Shown here: positions 37,684-46,123 of the stretch, in pieces
Layout: every line of letters starts with the position of its first letter
Numbering within the stretch: the stretch's first letter is position 1
DNA from: a virus
Taxonomy: Duplodnaviria > Caudoviricetes
Strand: one strand, 5' to 3'
Length of the DNA: 59,728 bases
IMG/VR virus record: IMGVR_UViG_3300018421_000026
Span: 1-59,728 of that record
Program-made: the position numbers and the translations under genes
Notes under the pieces: model-generated
Database searches by the model: none
Seen by the model: only the letters and a program-made list of their open reading frames with translations
What the model was told of the DNA's origin: nothing

Positions 37684-37691
37684 AAAAAGTG

Positions 37692-37720
37692 TTGACAGGC
37701 TGATTTTGGCCTGTTACAAA
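37692..37720 (+). promoter_or_regulatory. Early promoter
   Basis: A-tract then TTGACA-17-TACAAA with TGn. Confidence 0.6.
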
Positions 37721-37751
37721 GTAATTGATTTTGCAACCAATGGAGTTTGAT

Positions 37752-37901
37752 ATGAGCAAGATTTACGTAGTAACCGACCTGTCTGATGTCTATGGCGAAG
37801 CAGCCTATGGCGTTGAGCATATCCATGAGGGCATTGTGTCTGTGTGGACAGACTATGAGACTGCTACAGATGTAGCAGAAGAACTTGAATGGATGGCCTA
37901 A
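37752..37901 (+). CDS. Small acidic early protein (49 aa)
   Basis: RBS GGAG; MSKIYVVTDLSDVYGEAAYG... Confidence 0.6.
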   Translation: MSKIYVVTDLSDVYGEAAYGVEHIHEGIVSVWTDYETATDVAEELEWMA

Positions 37902-37926
37902 AGGCCAAGCAAGAAAGGATATTGCT

Positions 37927-38133
37927 ATGAATTTTCAATTCAAAAAACTAGCCAAAGGCTTCCGTATCATCACACACAAAGGCAAGCCTATCGGCACGCT
38001 AGAGTTTACCAAAGGTAAATGGCTAGCATTGTCAGGCGTAAATCCTGAGTATCGGAGATACTTCACCACTGTATCGCAAGCCAAAGTGTGCTGCAATGCT
38101 GACCCAAAGTTTTACTTTGGAATTGGTGCTTGA
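37927..38133 (+). CDS. Early hypothetical protein
   Basis: RBS AAAGGA; start moved to MNFQFKK. Confidence 0.6.
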   Translation: MNFQFKKLAKGFRIITHKGKPIGTLEFTKGKWLALSGVNPEYRRYFTTVSQAKVCCNADPKFYFGIGA

Positions 38134-38286
38134 CAATGGCAAGGCCGTATGCAATCATCTGGGCGAAGTGTCGAGACACTGGCCTGATTATCGAAGATAA
38201 ATGCCACAATGACGCTGACGTTGCCGATTGGATTGGTGACTATGACTATGAAATAGTCAAACTGAAATACACAAATGAGGTTGAAA

Positions 38287-39003
38287 ATGTCTAATTACAA
38301 ACTGCTTTCCATAGGAAACAATGCCAAGACTGTCAAGGGCGATGGCTCAGAATATCTAACAGCTATTCTGTATCTTGCGCCAGCCGATAACCTGCAAGGC
38401 GTGAATGTCTGTGCTATGGCCGAAGTGGCTGGCTGCAAAGCAGCTTGCCTATACACTGCTGGCCGTGGCCGTATGAGCAATGTGCAAGCTGGCCGTATTC
38501 GCAAGACTATGCTATGGCGAGACAATCGTGTTGCATTTTTGCAACAGCTTCGAGAAGATATTGCAAAGTTTGCTCGCTATTGCGAAAAGCGTGGTATTCA
38601 GCCAGTCGTAAGACTGAACGGCACTAGCGATATCATGTGGGAAAAATACATTGATATGGAAACAGAGTTTCCGCAAGTGCAATTCTATGACTACAGCAAG
38701 CTGTATCTTCGGGCTTACAAGGATTTGCCTAGCAATTATCACCTTACCTTGTCATATAGCGAAGCTAATGCTGACTATGCCGAAGCTATCCTGAACGCTC
38801 ACAAGCTGACGGGTGTAAGCGTAGCCGTGGTCTTCCGTGACAAAAACACTATCCCTACCAGCTTCGCTGGCTCTGCAGTGATTGATGGCGACAAAGACGA
38901 CTTGCGCTTCCTAGACACGCCACGCAGCATTGTGGCATTGTATGCCAAAGGTGATGCCAAGAAAGATGCCACTGGTTTTGTGGTTGACACTGTGGCAGCA
39001 TAA
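38287..39003 (+). CDS. GP88-family (radical-SAM-like Cys motif) protein
   Basis: NVC-x7-C-x3-CLY.AGRG, VRLNGTSD, QFYDYSK, NYHLTLS, DGD..DLRFLD. Confidence 0.7.
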   Translation: MSNYKLLSIGNNAKTVKGDGSEYLTAILYLAPADNLQGVNVCAMAEVAGCKAACLYTAGRGRMSNVQAGRIRKTMLWRDNRVAFLQQLREDIAKFARYCEKRGIQPVVRLNGTSDIMWEKYIDMETEFPQVQFYDYSKLYLRAYKDLPSNYHLTLSYSEANADYAEAILNAHKLTGVSVAVVFRDKNTIPTSFAGSAVIDGDKDDLRFLDTPRSIVALYAKGDAKKDATGFVVDTVAA

Positions 39004-39012
39004 CACTAATAT
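38984..39012 (+). promoter_or_regulatory. Early promoter
   Basis: TTGACA-17-TAATAT. Confidence 0.6.
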
Positions 39013-39137
39013 GTAGATGAGTTTTAATAACCTTGAGCTTTAGTGAAAGGTTATATAAAACACACTACAGATTAGATAAGACTTGGGTTTGTCTCAAAAC
39101 AGCCCAAACTGTAACGCAAACTTATGAGGTATATACT

Positions 39138-39341
39138 ATGCGTATCAACACACTTAATGACAACACCAATGGCTTTCGTTTCAACATTGCAGGATTGCAG
39201 GGCTTGTATCGTAAGCGTCAAGTTATCCGCCGCTATGGTATCAAACGTGGCGACAGTATGACTGGTTTTCATTTCGGCAAACGTAGCCTGTATCTTGAGG
39301 GCGGCAACTATCGCCGTGCCTTACACAATCTCGCTGGCTAG
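39138..39341 (+). CDS. Basic early hypothetical protein
   Basis: RBS GAGGT; start moved to MRINTL. Confidence 0.65.
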   Translation: MRINTLNDNTNGFRFNIAGLQGLYRKRQVIRRYGIKRGDSMTGFHFGKRSLYLEGGNYRRALHNLAG

Positions 39342-39343
39342 GC

Positions 39344-39372
39344 TTGACAAACACCTAGGCATGTGTTAAAAC
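39344..39372 (+). promoter_or_regulatory. Early promoter
   Basis: TTGACA-17-TAAAAC with TGn; intergenic. Confidence 0.55.
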
Positions 39373-39403
39373 TGCCTAACAGTTTTTGATAATGGAGTAT
39401 GAC

Positions 39404-39673
39404 ATGGATATTGCAAGCAACGTAAAGCTACGCTTAGATGACCAATACACTTTCTCAATCTCGCAAGAGGTAGACAGGAAAGGCTTCGCAGAAGTAGCAC
39501 TGCTCTACAAGCGTGATGGCGTGGACAAGGGCTTCGTCCATTGTGGCGAGTGGTGTGTCAACTGGGTAGGCGAAGAATACGATGACGAAGTGGTTCGATT
39601 CCTAGATGCACACGATGTTCTCGAATTGTTGCACTTCGCTAAAGAGTATGTTTACATAAAGGATAACCGATAA
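39404..39673 (+). CDS. Early hypothetical protein
   Basis: RBS GGAG; coupled to the next gene. Confidence 0.6.
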   Translation: MDIASNVKLRLDDQYTFSISQEVDRKGFAEVALLYKRDGVDKGFVHCGEWCVNWVGEEYDDEVVRFLDAHDVLELLHFAKEYVYIKDNR

Positions 39674-39963
39674 TGTATCACCATAACGAAGAAGATGTGC
39701 ATGATGTATTCGATGCACTGATTGAAGTAACAGGCTATGACAGCTTTGCTGAAAGTAACCTAGAAGTTTACTATGGCGATGACTACGAGCAGCATGTAAC
39801 CGATGCGATGGTCACAGAAGTATCAGACCAAACAGGTCTGGCGGTGTGGTATGTCCGTAACATACTGATAGATGATATACCCGAAGTGCGTGAGATGCAC
39901 GGCAAGTGGTGTATGACAACCCCGTATGGCATGAAGGAGTTTGCCGATGTTAAAGAAGTTTGA
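39673..39963 (+). CDS. Acidic early hypothetical protein
   Basis: TAATG coupling. Confidence 0.6.
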   Translation: MYHHNEEDVHDVFDALIEVTGYDSFAESNLEVYYGDDYEQHVTDAMVTEVSDQTGLAVWYVRNILIDDIPEVREMHGKWCMTTPYGMKEFADVKEV

Positions 39964-40261
39964 AATTGTAGATGGACTAGCCACAGGCTATGCCCAAGCA
40001 ACGCTTGATATATCTTTCGATATACCCTTGTATGAATTGTCCCGTATTGAAGGCGAAGCCGAAGATATGGACGAGTTTATCGAAGATATGAAATACGAAA
40101 TCGAAGAAGCTGTTCAATTTTATATTGAAGCAACGCTGGATAATATGGGCTATCATTGCAGCGATGAGGTGCGTATTGATAGCTGTAACCAAGCGACACT
40201 AAATCAAATAGATTTAGAAGACGTAGAAGCAGAAGAATTGGAGACTGAAGATGTCGAATAA
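39947..40261 (+). CDS. Highly acidic early protein (DNA-mimic candidate)
   Basis: RBS AAGGAG; about 31 D/E versus 5 K/R by hand count. Confidence 0.65.
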   Translation: MLKKFEIVDGLATGYAQATLDISFDIPLYELSRIEGEAEDMDEFIEDMKYEIEEAVQFYIEATLDNMGYHCSDEVRIDSCNQATLNQIDLEDVEAEELETEDVE

Positions 40262-40423
40262 CCAAACCCGTGTTGAAACCGCAACTGTTGCCCGTCTGAA
40301 GGAAGGCGTGACCAACTTCACACAAGAGGACGCACGCTTTTATATGCGTCTTCATGGCACAGAGGCACTCATTCTACATGACCCAACAATCAACGATTGG
40401 GTCTGGTATCAGGAGGCAAAGAA

Positions 40424-40603
40424 ATGAGCGAGAAACAAATGGTGATGGTGTCTTGCGAGGCACTCATGGATTTACACTTGGCTGCATATGAGCATGACCA
40501 TGTGAAGTATCCGCATAGCGGTGCAGACATTCTGAAGGCACAGCAGGAAGCCCGTGAGGCTTTGTATGCCTGTGGCTGGTGGCAACAGGGTGACGAAGAC
40601 TAA
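40424..40603 (+). CDS. Early hypothetical protein
   Basis: RBS AGGAGG; start moved to MSEKQ. Confidence 0.6.
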   Translation: MSEKQMVMVSCEALMDLHLAAYEHDHVKYPHSGADILKAQQEAREALYACGWWQQGDED

Positions 40604-40764
40604 TGTTTACAATCATTGCCACCATATTGGGCATCTTATTTCTTGTGTTTCTCGCTATGACTATGTGGGAAGTAATCATGCAAGGCTTTATGTTCCTGAT
40701 GTTAAACCCTGTAACACTATTGACACTGCTAGTGGTGTCAGTTATACTGGCAATTATATTTTGA
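40603..40764 (+). CDS. Very hydrophobic two-TM protein (53 aa, not in ORF track)
   Basis: MFTIIATILGILFLVFLAMTMWEVIMQGFMFLMLNPVTLLTLLVVSVILAIIF; TAATG coupling. Confidence 0.6.
   Translation: MFTIIATILGILFLVFLAMTMWEVIMQGFMFLMLNPVTLLTLLVVSVILAIIF
40720..40748 (+). promoter_or_regulatory. Early promoter
   Basis: TTGACA-17-TATACT. Confidence 0.7.
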
Positions 40765-40785
40765 AGGCAGCAAAGGAGATAACCA

Positions 40786-41349
40786 ATGCCTAATCATTGC
40801 AACAATACCCTGACTATCAAGTCAGATGACACGGGCTTTCTGCAAAGCCTGATGAACGAATTGAAGATGGACGATAGCGACAGCCCAAAGTTTCTTGAGA
40901 AACTTGTGCCGTTCACTGCCGACATCAACTATGGCTGGGACTACAACTGGTGCGTAGAAAACTGGGGAACGAAGTGGGACATCTTCGATGTAACCTATGC
41001 GTCCCTCGATGGCGACACGCTAGAGGTGTCGTTTACGACTGCATGGTCGCCACCCATTGAGGCACTGGTGACAGGCATGCTACAGCATGGCTATACCTTT
41101 GACCTGTATTACGAAGAAGGTGGCGTAGGCTTTATTGGACACACCGAAGGTGATGGCGAGTCTCACATTGACCGATGCTGGGAAACCTACACCGATGATG
41201 ACCCGTCCAAATACATACCACATGATGTGCTTGATGCCTTCCCGTGGGTCGAGAGCGACTGGCACGATTGGAAGCGTGAGATGGCAGAGGAAGAAGAAGC
41301 AGAAGCCGCCGCCGAACATCATGCAGAAATGCTAAACGAAGGAGCGTGA
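40786..41349 (+). CDS. DUF1281/YubB ferredoxin-like domain protein
   Basis: MPNHC.N, W..NWGTKWD, F.TAWSPP. Confidence 0.75.
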   Translation: MPNHCNNTLTIKSDDTGFLQSLMNELKMDDSDSPKFLEKLVPFTADINYGWDYNWCVENWGTKWDIFDVTYASLDGDTLEVSFTTAWSPPIEALVTGMLQHGYTFDLYYEEGGVGFIGHTEGDGESHIDRCWETYTDDDPSKYIPHDVLDAFPWVESDWHDWKREMAEEEEAEAAAEHHAEMLNEGA

Positions 41350-41489
41350 GATGCGTAATTTCATGGTAAAAATGACCATTGAACAGTGGGTGGAAGCCCA
41401 AGACGAAGACGATGCAGTGGAGATTGCAAAGTTAAACTTTGAGTATAGTGATTTACACTATGCAGAATTAGACGTAGAGGAATTGCAAG

Positions 41490-41681
41490 ATGTCTAAGAA
41501 AACATATCGAGTAGTCGTGTGCTACGAAGAAGGTTTCGTAATGGAAGTCGAGGCAGACAGCGCAGCGCAAGCTGAACAGATAGCCTACGACAAGGTAGAT
41601 TACTGGGGTAATAGTGCCGCAGACAAGTGTGTCCACAGGGATTTCTGGGTGGACGCAGTAGAGGAGCAGGAGAATGCGTAA
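41490..41681 (+). CDS. Small acidic early protein
   Basis: Y.V......EVEA.S...A pattern; RBS GAGG. Confidence 0.6.
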   Translation: MSKKTYRVVVCYEEGFVMEVEADSAAQAEQIAYDKVDYWGNSAADKCVHRDFWVDAVEEQENA

Positions 41682-41871
41682 GAAACGATACACAGCACTA
41701 GCCGAAATGAGTTTGGCTTATGAGGTTGAGTTTGACGAAGACGAAATCCCCGCAGGTATGGACGAGTGGGAGTATGCCCACCACCTTGCCGAACAGGGTG
41801 CTTACACAGAGCAGCCTAACGGCGGAGACTTCAAGATATATGACGTTGTGCATGATGGAGATGACAAATGA
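41674..41871 (+). CDS. Small acidic early protein
   Basis: RBS AGGAG; overlapping gene chain. Confidence 0.6.
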   Translation: MRKKRYTALAEMSLAYEVEFDEDEIPAGMDEWEYAHHLAEQGAYTEQPNGGDFKIYDVVHDGDDK

Positions 41872-42263
41872 TGCAAGCAATACTTATTGACCCGTTCACC
41901 GAAACCATTGAGGTGGTGGACTATTCAGGAGACTGGCGGGACATCTCAACCTTACTAGGTTGCGAACTGTTCACGACTGTCTACATTGATGACGAGGATA
42001 CACTCTACATAGATGACGAAGGTTTGTATGTAGAAGACCAGCGATACTTCAAGTGGGAAGGATACCCGCAGCCCCTGGCTGGGCGTGGCCTTGTGCTTGG
42101 CTGCACACCTGATGGCGACTCTACCGATAGTAGTAAGACTGTATCAGAGATACAAGATATGGTAAAGTGGTGTCCCGAAGGGCTGACTGTCGAACCTCGC
42201 TTCGAGGTGTATGGTTATGATAGCGCAGAGGAACTGCTTGAAGCATTAGGAATTGATGACTAA
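41868..42263 (+). CDS. DUF3846-like protein
   Basis: AILIDP, LYIDDEGL, PLAGRGLVLG. Confidence 0.7.
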   Translation: MMQAILIDPFTETIEVVDYSGDWRDISTLLGCELFTTVYIDDEDTLYIDDEGLYVEDQRYFKWEGYPQPLAGRGLVLGCTPDGDSTDSSKTVSEIQDMVKWCPEGLTVEPRFEVYGYDSAEELLEALGIDD

Positions 42264-42621
42264 TCGCTACTACTTCTTTACTTCGGAGCATGACCCGAAG
42301 GGCAAGTATAATGAGGTTCACCCCTGCCGCATCGTGAGAACACGTTGGCGTGAGCAGGGCTGGTATCTCAACTCGTTCTATCGTGTGTCCCGCTTCGCTG
42401 GCATCAAGCTGGGTAGAGTATCGCTTGGCTTGGTGACAGGCTACAGGCGGTATCGCATACCTTATGTGGCATACCATTGGGAAGGTGGCTTCACCCTGCC
42501 CGTTGTTCTTGTGTCTTGGATAACAGGCAGCAAGCTGAAGTATATTCGCTGCACCTATGGTGACAGGAAACTAAAGACATCATTGAAAATGATTTGGAGA
42601 AAGTGGATAAAAGATGCTTGA
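42253..42621 (+). CDS. Basic aromatic-rich hypothetical protein
   Basis: Overlapping gene chain. Confidence 0.55.
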   Translation: MMTNRYYFFTSEHDPKGKYNEVHPCRIVRTRWREQGWYLNSFYRVSRFAGIKLGRVSLGLVTGYRRYRIPYVAYHWEGGFTLPVVLVSWITGSKLKYIRCTYGDRKLKTSLKMIWRKWIKDA

Positions 42622-42646
42622 CTTACCCCTATCAATATCGTATATT
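42618..42646 (+). promoter_or_regulatory. Promoter
   Basis: TTGACT-17-TATATT. Confidence 0.6.
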
Positions 42647-42718
42647 GAAATTGCAATCATGGTTGGCGTGTGGCTTAACACCTCAATCAATGTGTATAAT
42701 TTTATGAAAGGATAGCCT

Positions 42719-43009
42719 ATGGCTAGATATGAAGTTTCGTTTGTGATTGACACAGACGTTGAAGATGCAGGACAGCAGCCGTGGTGGCTCATGCTGGGCG
42801 AGAAGCCTATGCCTATCGAGTGGCTTGAGTATGTCATGGTGCGTGACCTGCAGGTGGACGAACAGGTATTGGATGTTGAGTTCATGCCTGATACAATCAA
42901 TGTGATTGACATGGTGCATAGACCAGAGCCACCGAAGCCAACCCTACAACTAGTGGTGAACAACGATGACAACGATACTGAACATACCGAAGTTCCTGAA
43001 AAGGAATAA
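42719..43009 (+). CDS. Acidic hypothetical protein
   Basis: RBS AAAGGA. Confidence 0.6.
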   Translation: MARYEVSFVIDTDVEDAGQQPWWLMLGEKPMPIEWLEYVMVRDLQVDEQVLDVEFMPDTINVIDMVHRPEPPKPTLQLVVNNDDNDTEHTEVPEKE

Positions 43010-43112
43010 GGCAGCAAAAGCCCTGTCCGAAGGACAGAACAAACCCCAAGTAATCCCTGCCAAGAAAGGCAAGGGCAGCTATAAACGAAAAGGAAAACAT
43101 CGTGCCGAATAA
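42966..43112 (+). CDS. arfA: ArfA-like alternative ribosome-rescue factor (48 aa, not in ORF track)
   Basis: MTTILNIPKFLKRNKAAKALSEGQNKPQVIPAKKGKGSYKRKGKHRAE contains the ArfA signature KKGKGSYxRKGKH. Confidence 0.7.
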   Translation: MTTILNIPKFLKRNKAAKALSEGQNKPQVIPAKKGKGSYKRKGKHRAE

Positions 43113-43273
43113 ACACACGAAAATGTTCCGCCCGTGGTATGAGGACAACATTCTCAGCCCGTGGCGGAAGGTAAAAACTGGTGACAAATCATACACTTAC
43201 GAGAAGGTGAAGCACATACGTTCACACAAGGACGATAGGCTTGGCCGTGAGTGGGAACACGAAAGGATTTGGA

Positions 43274-43711
43274 ATGATTGAAACATTCTTCGCTAATGCA
43301 CTGATGTGCATGGCAATCAACATCTATCACGAAGCACGCAACGAGTCTATCATTGGACAGATTGCAGTCGGGCAGGTGGTGATGAATCGTGTTGCAGATG
43401 AACGCTTCCCGAACACAGTATGTGAAGTGGTCACTCAAGGTAAACATTACATGACCAAAGATGGCATCCGCTATCCTGTCAAAGACCGTTGCCATTTCAG
43501 TTGGTATTGTGACGGGCTAGGTGATGCACCACGCAACAGCAAAGCCTTCACGCAATCGCAAGAGGTTGCAGCGATGGTGCTGGAAGGGTGGACAGGCACG
43601 TTCCTCGAAGGTGCTACACACTACCATGCTGACTATGTGTTTCCTACATGGGCAGCACACCACACGAAGATTGTCAAGATTGACAGCCATATTTTTTACA
43701 GGTGGGACTGA
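43274..43711 (+). CDS. Cell wall hydrolase, SleB/Hydrolase_2 family
   Basis: NIYHEARNE, V.NRV, FPNTVCEVV, FSW, GATHYHADYV.P.W, HIFY. Confidence 0.9.
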   Translation: MIETFFANALMCMAINIYHEARNESIIGQIAVGQVVMNRVADERFPNTVCEVVTQGKHYMTKDGIRYPVKDRCHFSWYCDGLGDAPRNSKAFTQSQEVAAMVLEGWTGTFLEGATHYHADYVFPTWAAHHTKIVKIDSHIFYRWD

Positions 43712-44193
43712 TGAATATATTTGTATTACACGAAGATGCTATCGAAGCAGCCGACATGTATTGCGACAAGCACGTGCCTAAGATGGTGCTTGAGTTGGCA
43801 CAGATGCTGACCACGGCACACCATGCACATGGCGTAGCCAGGGACGGGATGTATAAGGTAGCACACCTGAACCACCCCTGCTCAAAGTGGGTGCGTGAGA
43901 CTGGCGGCAACTATCGCTGGGCTTATCACCACTTTGTGCGGCTGGCCTTCAACTATTGGTGGCGCTTCGGCAAGATGCACAAGTCATACGCTGACCACAG
44001 CATCAGGCTCATCCGACCACCTGAACCTATCGTCAGCGACACAAGCATGACGGACTTTGCACAGGCTATGCCTGATGAATACAAGGACGAGGACGCAGTG
44101 ACTGCATACCGCACCTACTACATCAACGACAAGCAACGCTTTGCCAAGTGGGAGAAGGGTGTGCCGACACCAGATTGGTGGCCTAATGATTGA
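43711..44193 (+). CDS. Pyrimidine-dimer DNA glycosylase-like (T4 endonuclease V-related) protein
   Basis: MNIF.L...DKHV.KM.LE.AQML, H.NHPC..W, F.QAMP, AYR.YY. Confidence 0.7.
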   Translation: MNIFVLHEDAIEAADMYCDKHVPKMVLELAQMLTTAHHAHGVARDGMYKVAHLNHPCSKWVRETGGNYRWAYHHFVRLAFNYWWRFGKMHKSYADHSIRLIRPPEPIVSDTSMTDFAQAMPDEYKDEDAVTAYRTYYINDKQRFAKWEKGVPTPDWWPND

Positions 44194-44470
44194 TAAATCA
44201 AAAGCCGTTCTTGTTCACTGCTCAGACAAGCGTGAGTCACCCACACGTGAGGTGGCCGAAGGCTTCATCGGTGGCGAGTGCCGCATGGTGCAGCTTGAAG
44301 ATGGCCGACAGCTTGTGATTGAAAAGAAACAAGACATGAACAAACCTATCAACGAGGAAGTGTTCGTTATGTATAACGAGGATGACACGTGGCCTATGGC
44401 ACTGTCGTTCTTTGGCAATGCTTTCTTGTTGACAGGCGAAGCGAGGTGGAAAAACAATGAAACTAATTAG
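44186..44470 (+). CDS. Hypothetical protein (weakly DUF3846-like)
   Basis: FIGG...V.L.DG.QLV, FGNA.LL. Confidence 0.55.
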   Translation: MIDKSKAVLVHCSDKRESPTREVAEGFIGGECRMVQLEDGRQLVIEKKQDMNKPINEEVFVMYNEDDTWPMALSFFGNAFLLTGEARWKNNETN

Positions 44471-44681
44471 ACGCTCGATATACTCTGGCAACATGCACGA
44501 GATGGACTTACCCCTGACCTATGCACAGATACGCAGATGGCAGGACGGGTGGTCAATTGACCGTGCCTTCCCTGACTTGACACAGGAAGAGATTGCCTTT
44601 ATATTAAATGGAACGCTTCCCGAAGAGGAAGTGGAGATAGCAATGATGGAGAAAACTTTTAGCGATGTCACATTACACTAA
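44457..44681 (+). CDS. Hypothetical protein
   Basis: Overlapping gene chain; RBS GAGG. Confidence 0.6.
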   Translation: MKLIRRSIYSGNMHEMDLPLTYAQIRRWQDGWSIDRAFPDLTQEEIAFILNGTLPEEEVEIAMMEKTFSDVTLH

Positions 44682-44856
44682 CAACCTATGGGAAAAAGAC
44701 CGCAAGCAACTCTTTCGAGAGTTGTATCACCAATACATTGAAGAAGGCTACAGCCAGAAAGAAGCCAAGCGATTGGCACGAGAGGAAGCCACTGAGATAT
44801 ACTCAGACAGCGTGGACTTCGCAATGGACGCAGCCGACATGGAGTTTGACCAGTGA
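44665..44856 (+). CDS. Hypothetical protein
   Basis: Y.EEGYS.KEAKRLA; gene chain. Confidence 0.6.
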   Translation: MSHYTNNLWEKDRKQLFRELYHQYIEEGYSQKEAKRLAREEATEIYSDSVDFAMDAADMEFDQ

Positions 44857-45056
44857 AGGCAGTGCCGATACGCAAACTGAAGAAGATGCAGGACTTTCAT
44901 GGTCGGCTCTTCCATGACGAAGGCGATGCCTATGACTGGCTTGAGCGTATCCAACGCAAGATGGGTATGGGCTACACCTATGGACATCAGCCGTGGAAGG
45001 CAGAGGATAACACTCACCTTACCCTGGCCTACTTACACAAAGGAGAACACGCATGA
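44853..45056 (+). CDS. Hypothetical protein
   Basis: GTGA overlap; RBS GGAG. Confidence 0.55.
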   Translation: MKAVPIRKLKKMQDFHGRLFHDEGDAYDWLERIQRKMGMGYTYGHQPWKAEDNTHLTLAYLHKGEHA

Positions 45057-45646
45057 TGGACTTTATTGAACAATGGGACAACCTGTTTTCAGAGGATGAG
45101 TGCAATCAAATCATTGAATACTTCAAGTCCTGTGAGGAGTTGGGCATCTGCTATGACCGAAAACAATTTGAGAACGCTGACCCGCTTATGAAAAAGGACT
45201 TGGCTGTAGGTGTTCCGCAGATACAAAGTCTTGGTCGTGGGCATGAAGTCTATGCCAGCTTCAACTGGATAGCAGGTATGATAAATGAAAGGCTCATGGG
45301 CAGATGCTTGCCTGAATATTGTGCGAAGTATTCTGTCAAGGAGCGACTATATAATGATGCCTACAAGATACAGAAGACCGAACCGACAGGCGGCTACCAC
45401 ATGTGGCATTACGAGCAGAGCAACCAAGCGAATGAAGCGACTCGTAGAATGGCATACATGATGTATCTGAATGACGTTGAGCATGGCGGTGAGACAGAGT
45501 TCTTGCACCAGAGTAAACGCATCCTACCCCGCCGTGGCACAATGCTTATGTGGCCTGCAGGGTTTACGCATCAACACAGAGGAAACCCACCGCTGTCAGG
45601 TACGAAGTATATTGTGACTGGCTGGATTAAAAGCATAGTGGAGTAG
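45053..45646 (+). CDS. 2OG-Fe(II) oxygenase (prolyl-4-hydroxylase-like)
   Basis: WHYE (HxE), YLNDV..GGETEF, HQHRG, KYIVTGW. Confidence 0.9.
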   Translation: MMDFIEQWDNLFSEDECNQIIEYFKSCEELGICYDRKQFENADPLMKKDLAVGVPQIQSLGRGHEVYASFNWIAGMINERLMGRCLPEYCAKYSVKERLYNDAYKIQKTEPTGGYHMWHYEQSNQANEATRRMAYMMYLNDVEHGGETEFLHQSKRILPRRGTMLMWPAGFTHQHRGNPPLSGTKYIVTGWIKSIVE

Positions 45647-45742
45647 ACAATGAATGAGAAACAACTGAAGCGTCACCGTGACTTGGTTCGCCGCCGCAAG
45701 CAAGAGAAACGGCAGACACCAGAGTGGCATGAAAAAAAGCGC

Positions 45743-45771
45743 TTGACATTTGCGAGAGCATGGAGTAGATT
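45743..45771 (+). promoter_or_regulatory. Promoter upstream of replication genes
   Basis: A-tract then TTGACA-17-TAGATT. Confidence 0.6.
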
Positions 45772-45925
45772 TCACCCAATGGAATTGACACGGAAGGACG
45801 ACCAATGAAACAACCAAAGAGAACACCCAAGCAAGAACTGAAAGCACTGCGGCGCAAGGCTATCAGGTTTCAGAACAACAGTAGCCGCAAACTTACAATG
45901 GCCGAAGCAATGAGAGAGGTTCAGA

Positions 45926-46123
45926 ATGTATCGGATGATGTATAAAACACAGGGCTGCGGTGCAGCCTTCATGGAAAATGTGAAAGACAAAGAAGAGTTC
46001 TTTCGCCACCGTGAATTACTTGCCACAGGCATGGGCTTCACTACAGAACTGGTGAACGACAAGTTATACTTGTATAACAAGGGCAAAGAGTTTGGTATCT
46101 ACTACGTAGAGGAAGACAAATAG
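45926..46123 (+). CDS. Hypothetical protein
   Basis: RBS GAGG; abuts the primase gene. Confidence 0.6.
   Translation: MYRMMYKTQGCGAAFMENVKDKEEFFRHRELLATGMGFTTELVNDKLYLYNKGKEFGIYYVEEDK

Noticed and set aside
45053-45646. TET/JBP DNA hydroxylase feeding the glycosyltransferases
   Set aside because: Motifs fit the common phage prolyl-hydroxylase-like 2OG family and the gene is not linked to the GT operon; not fully excluded
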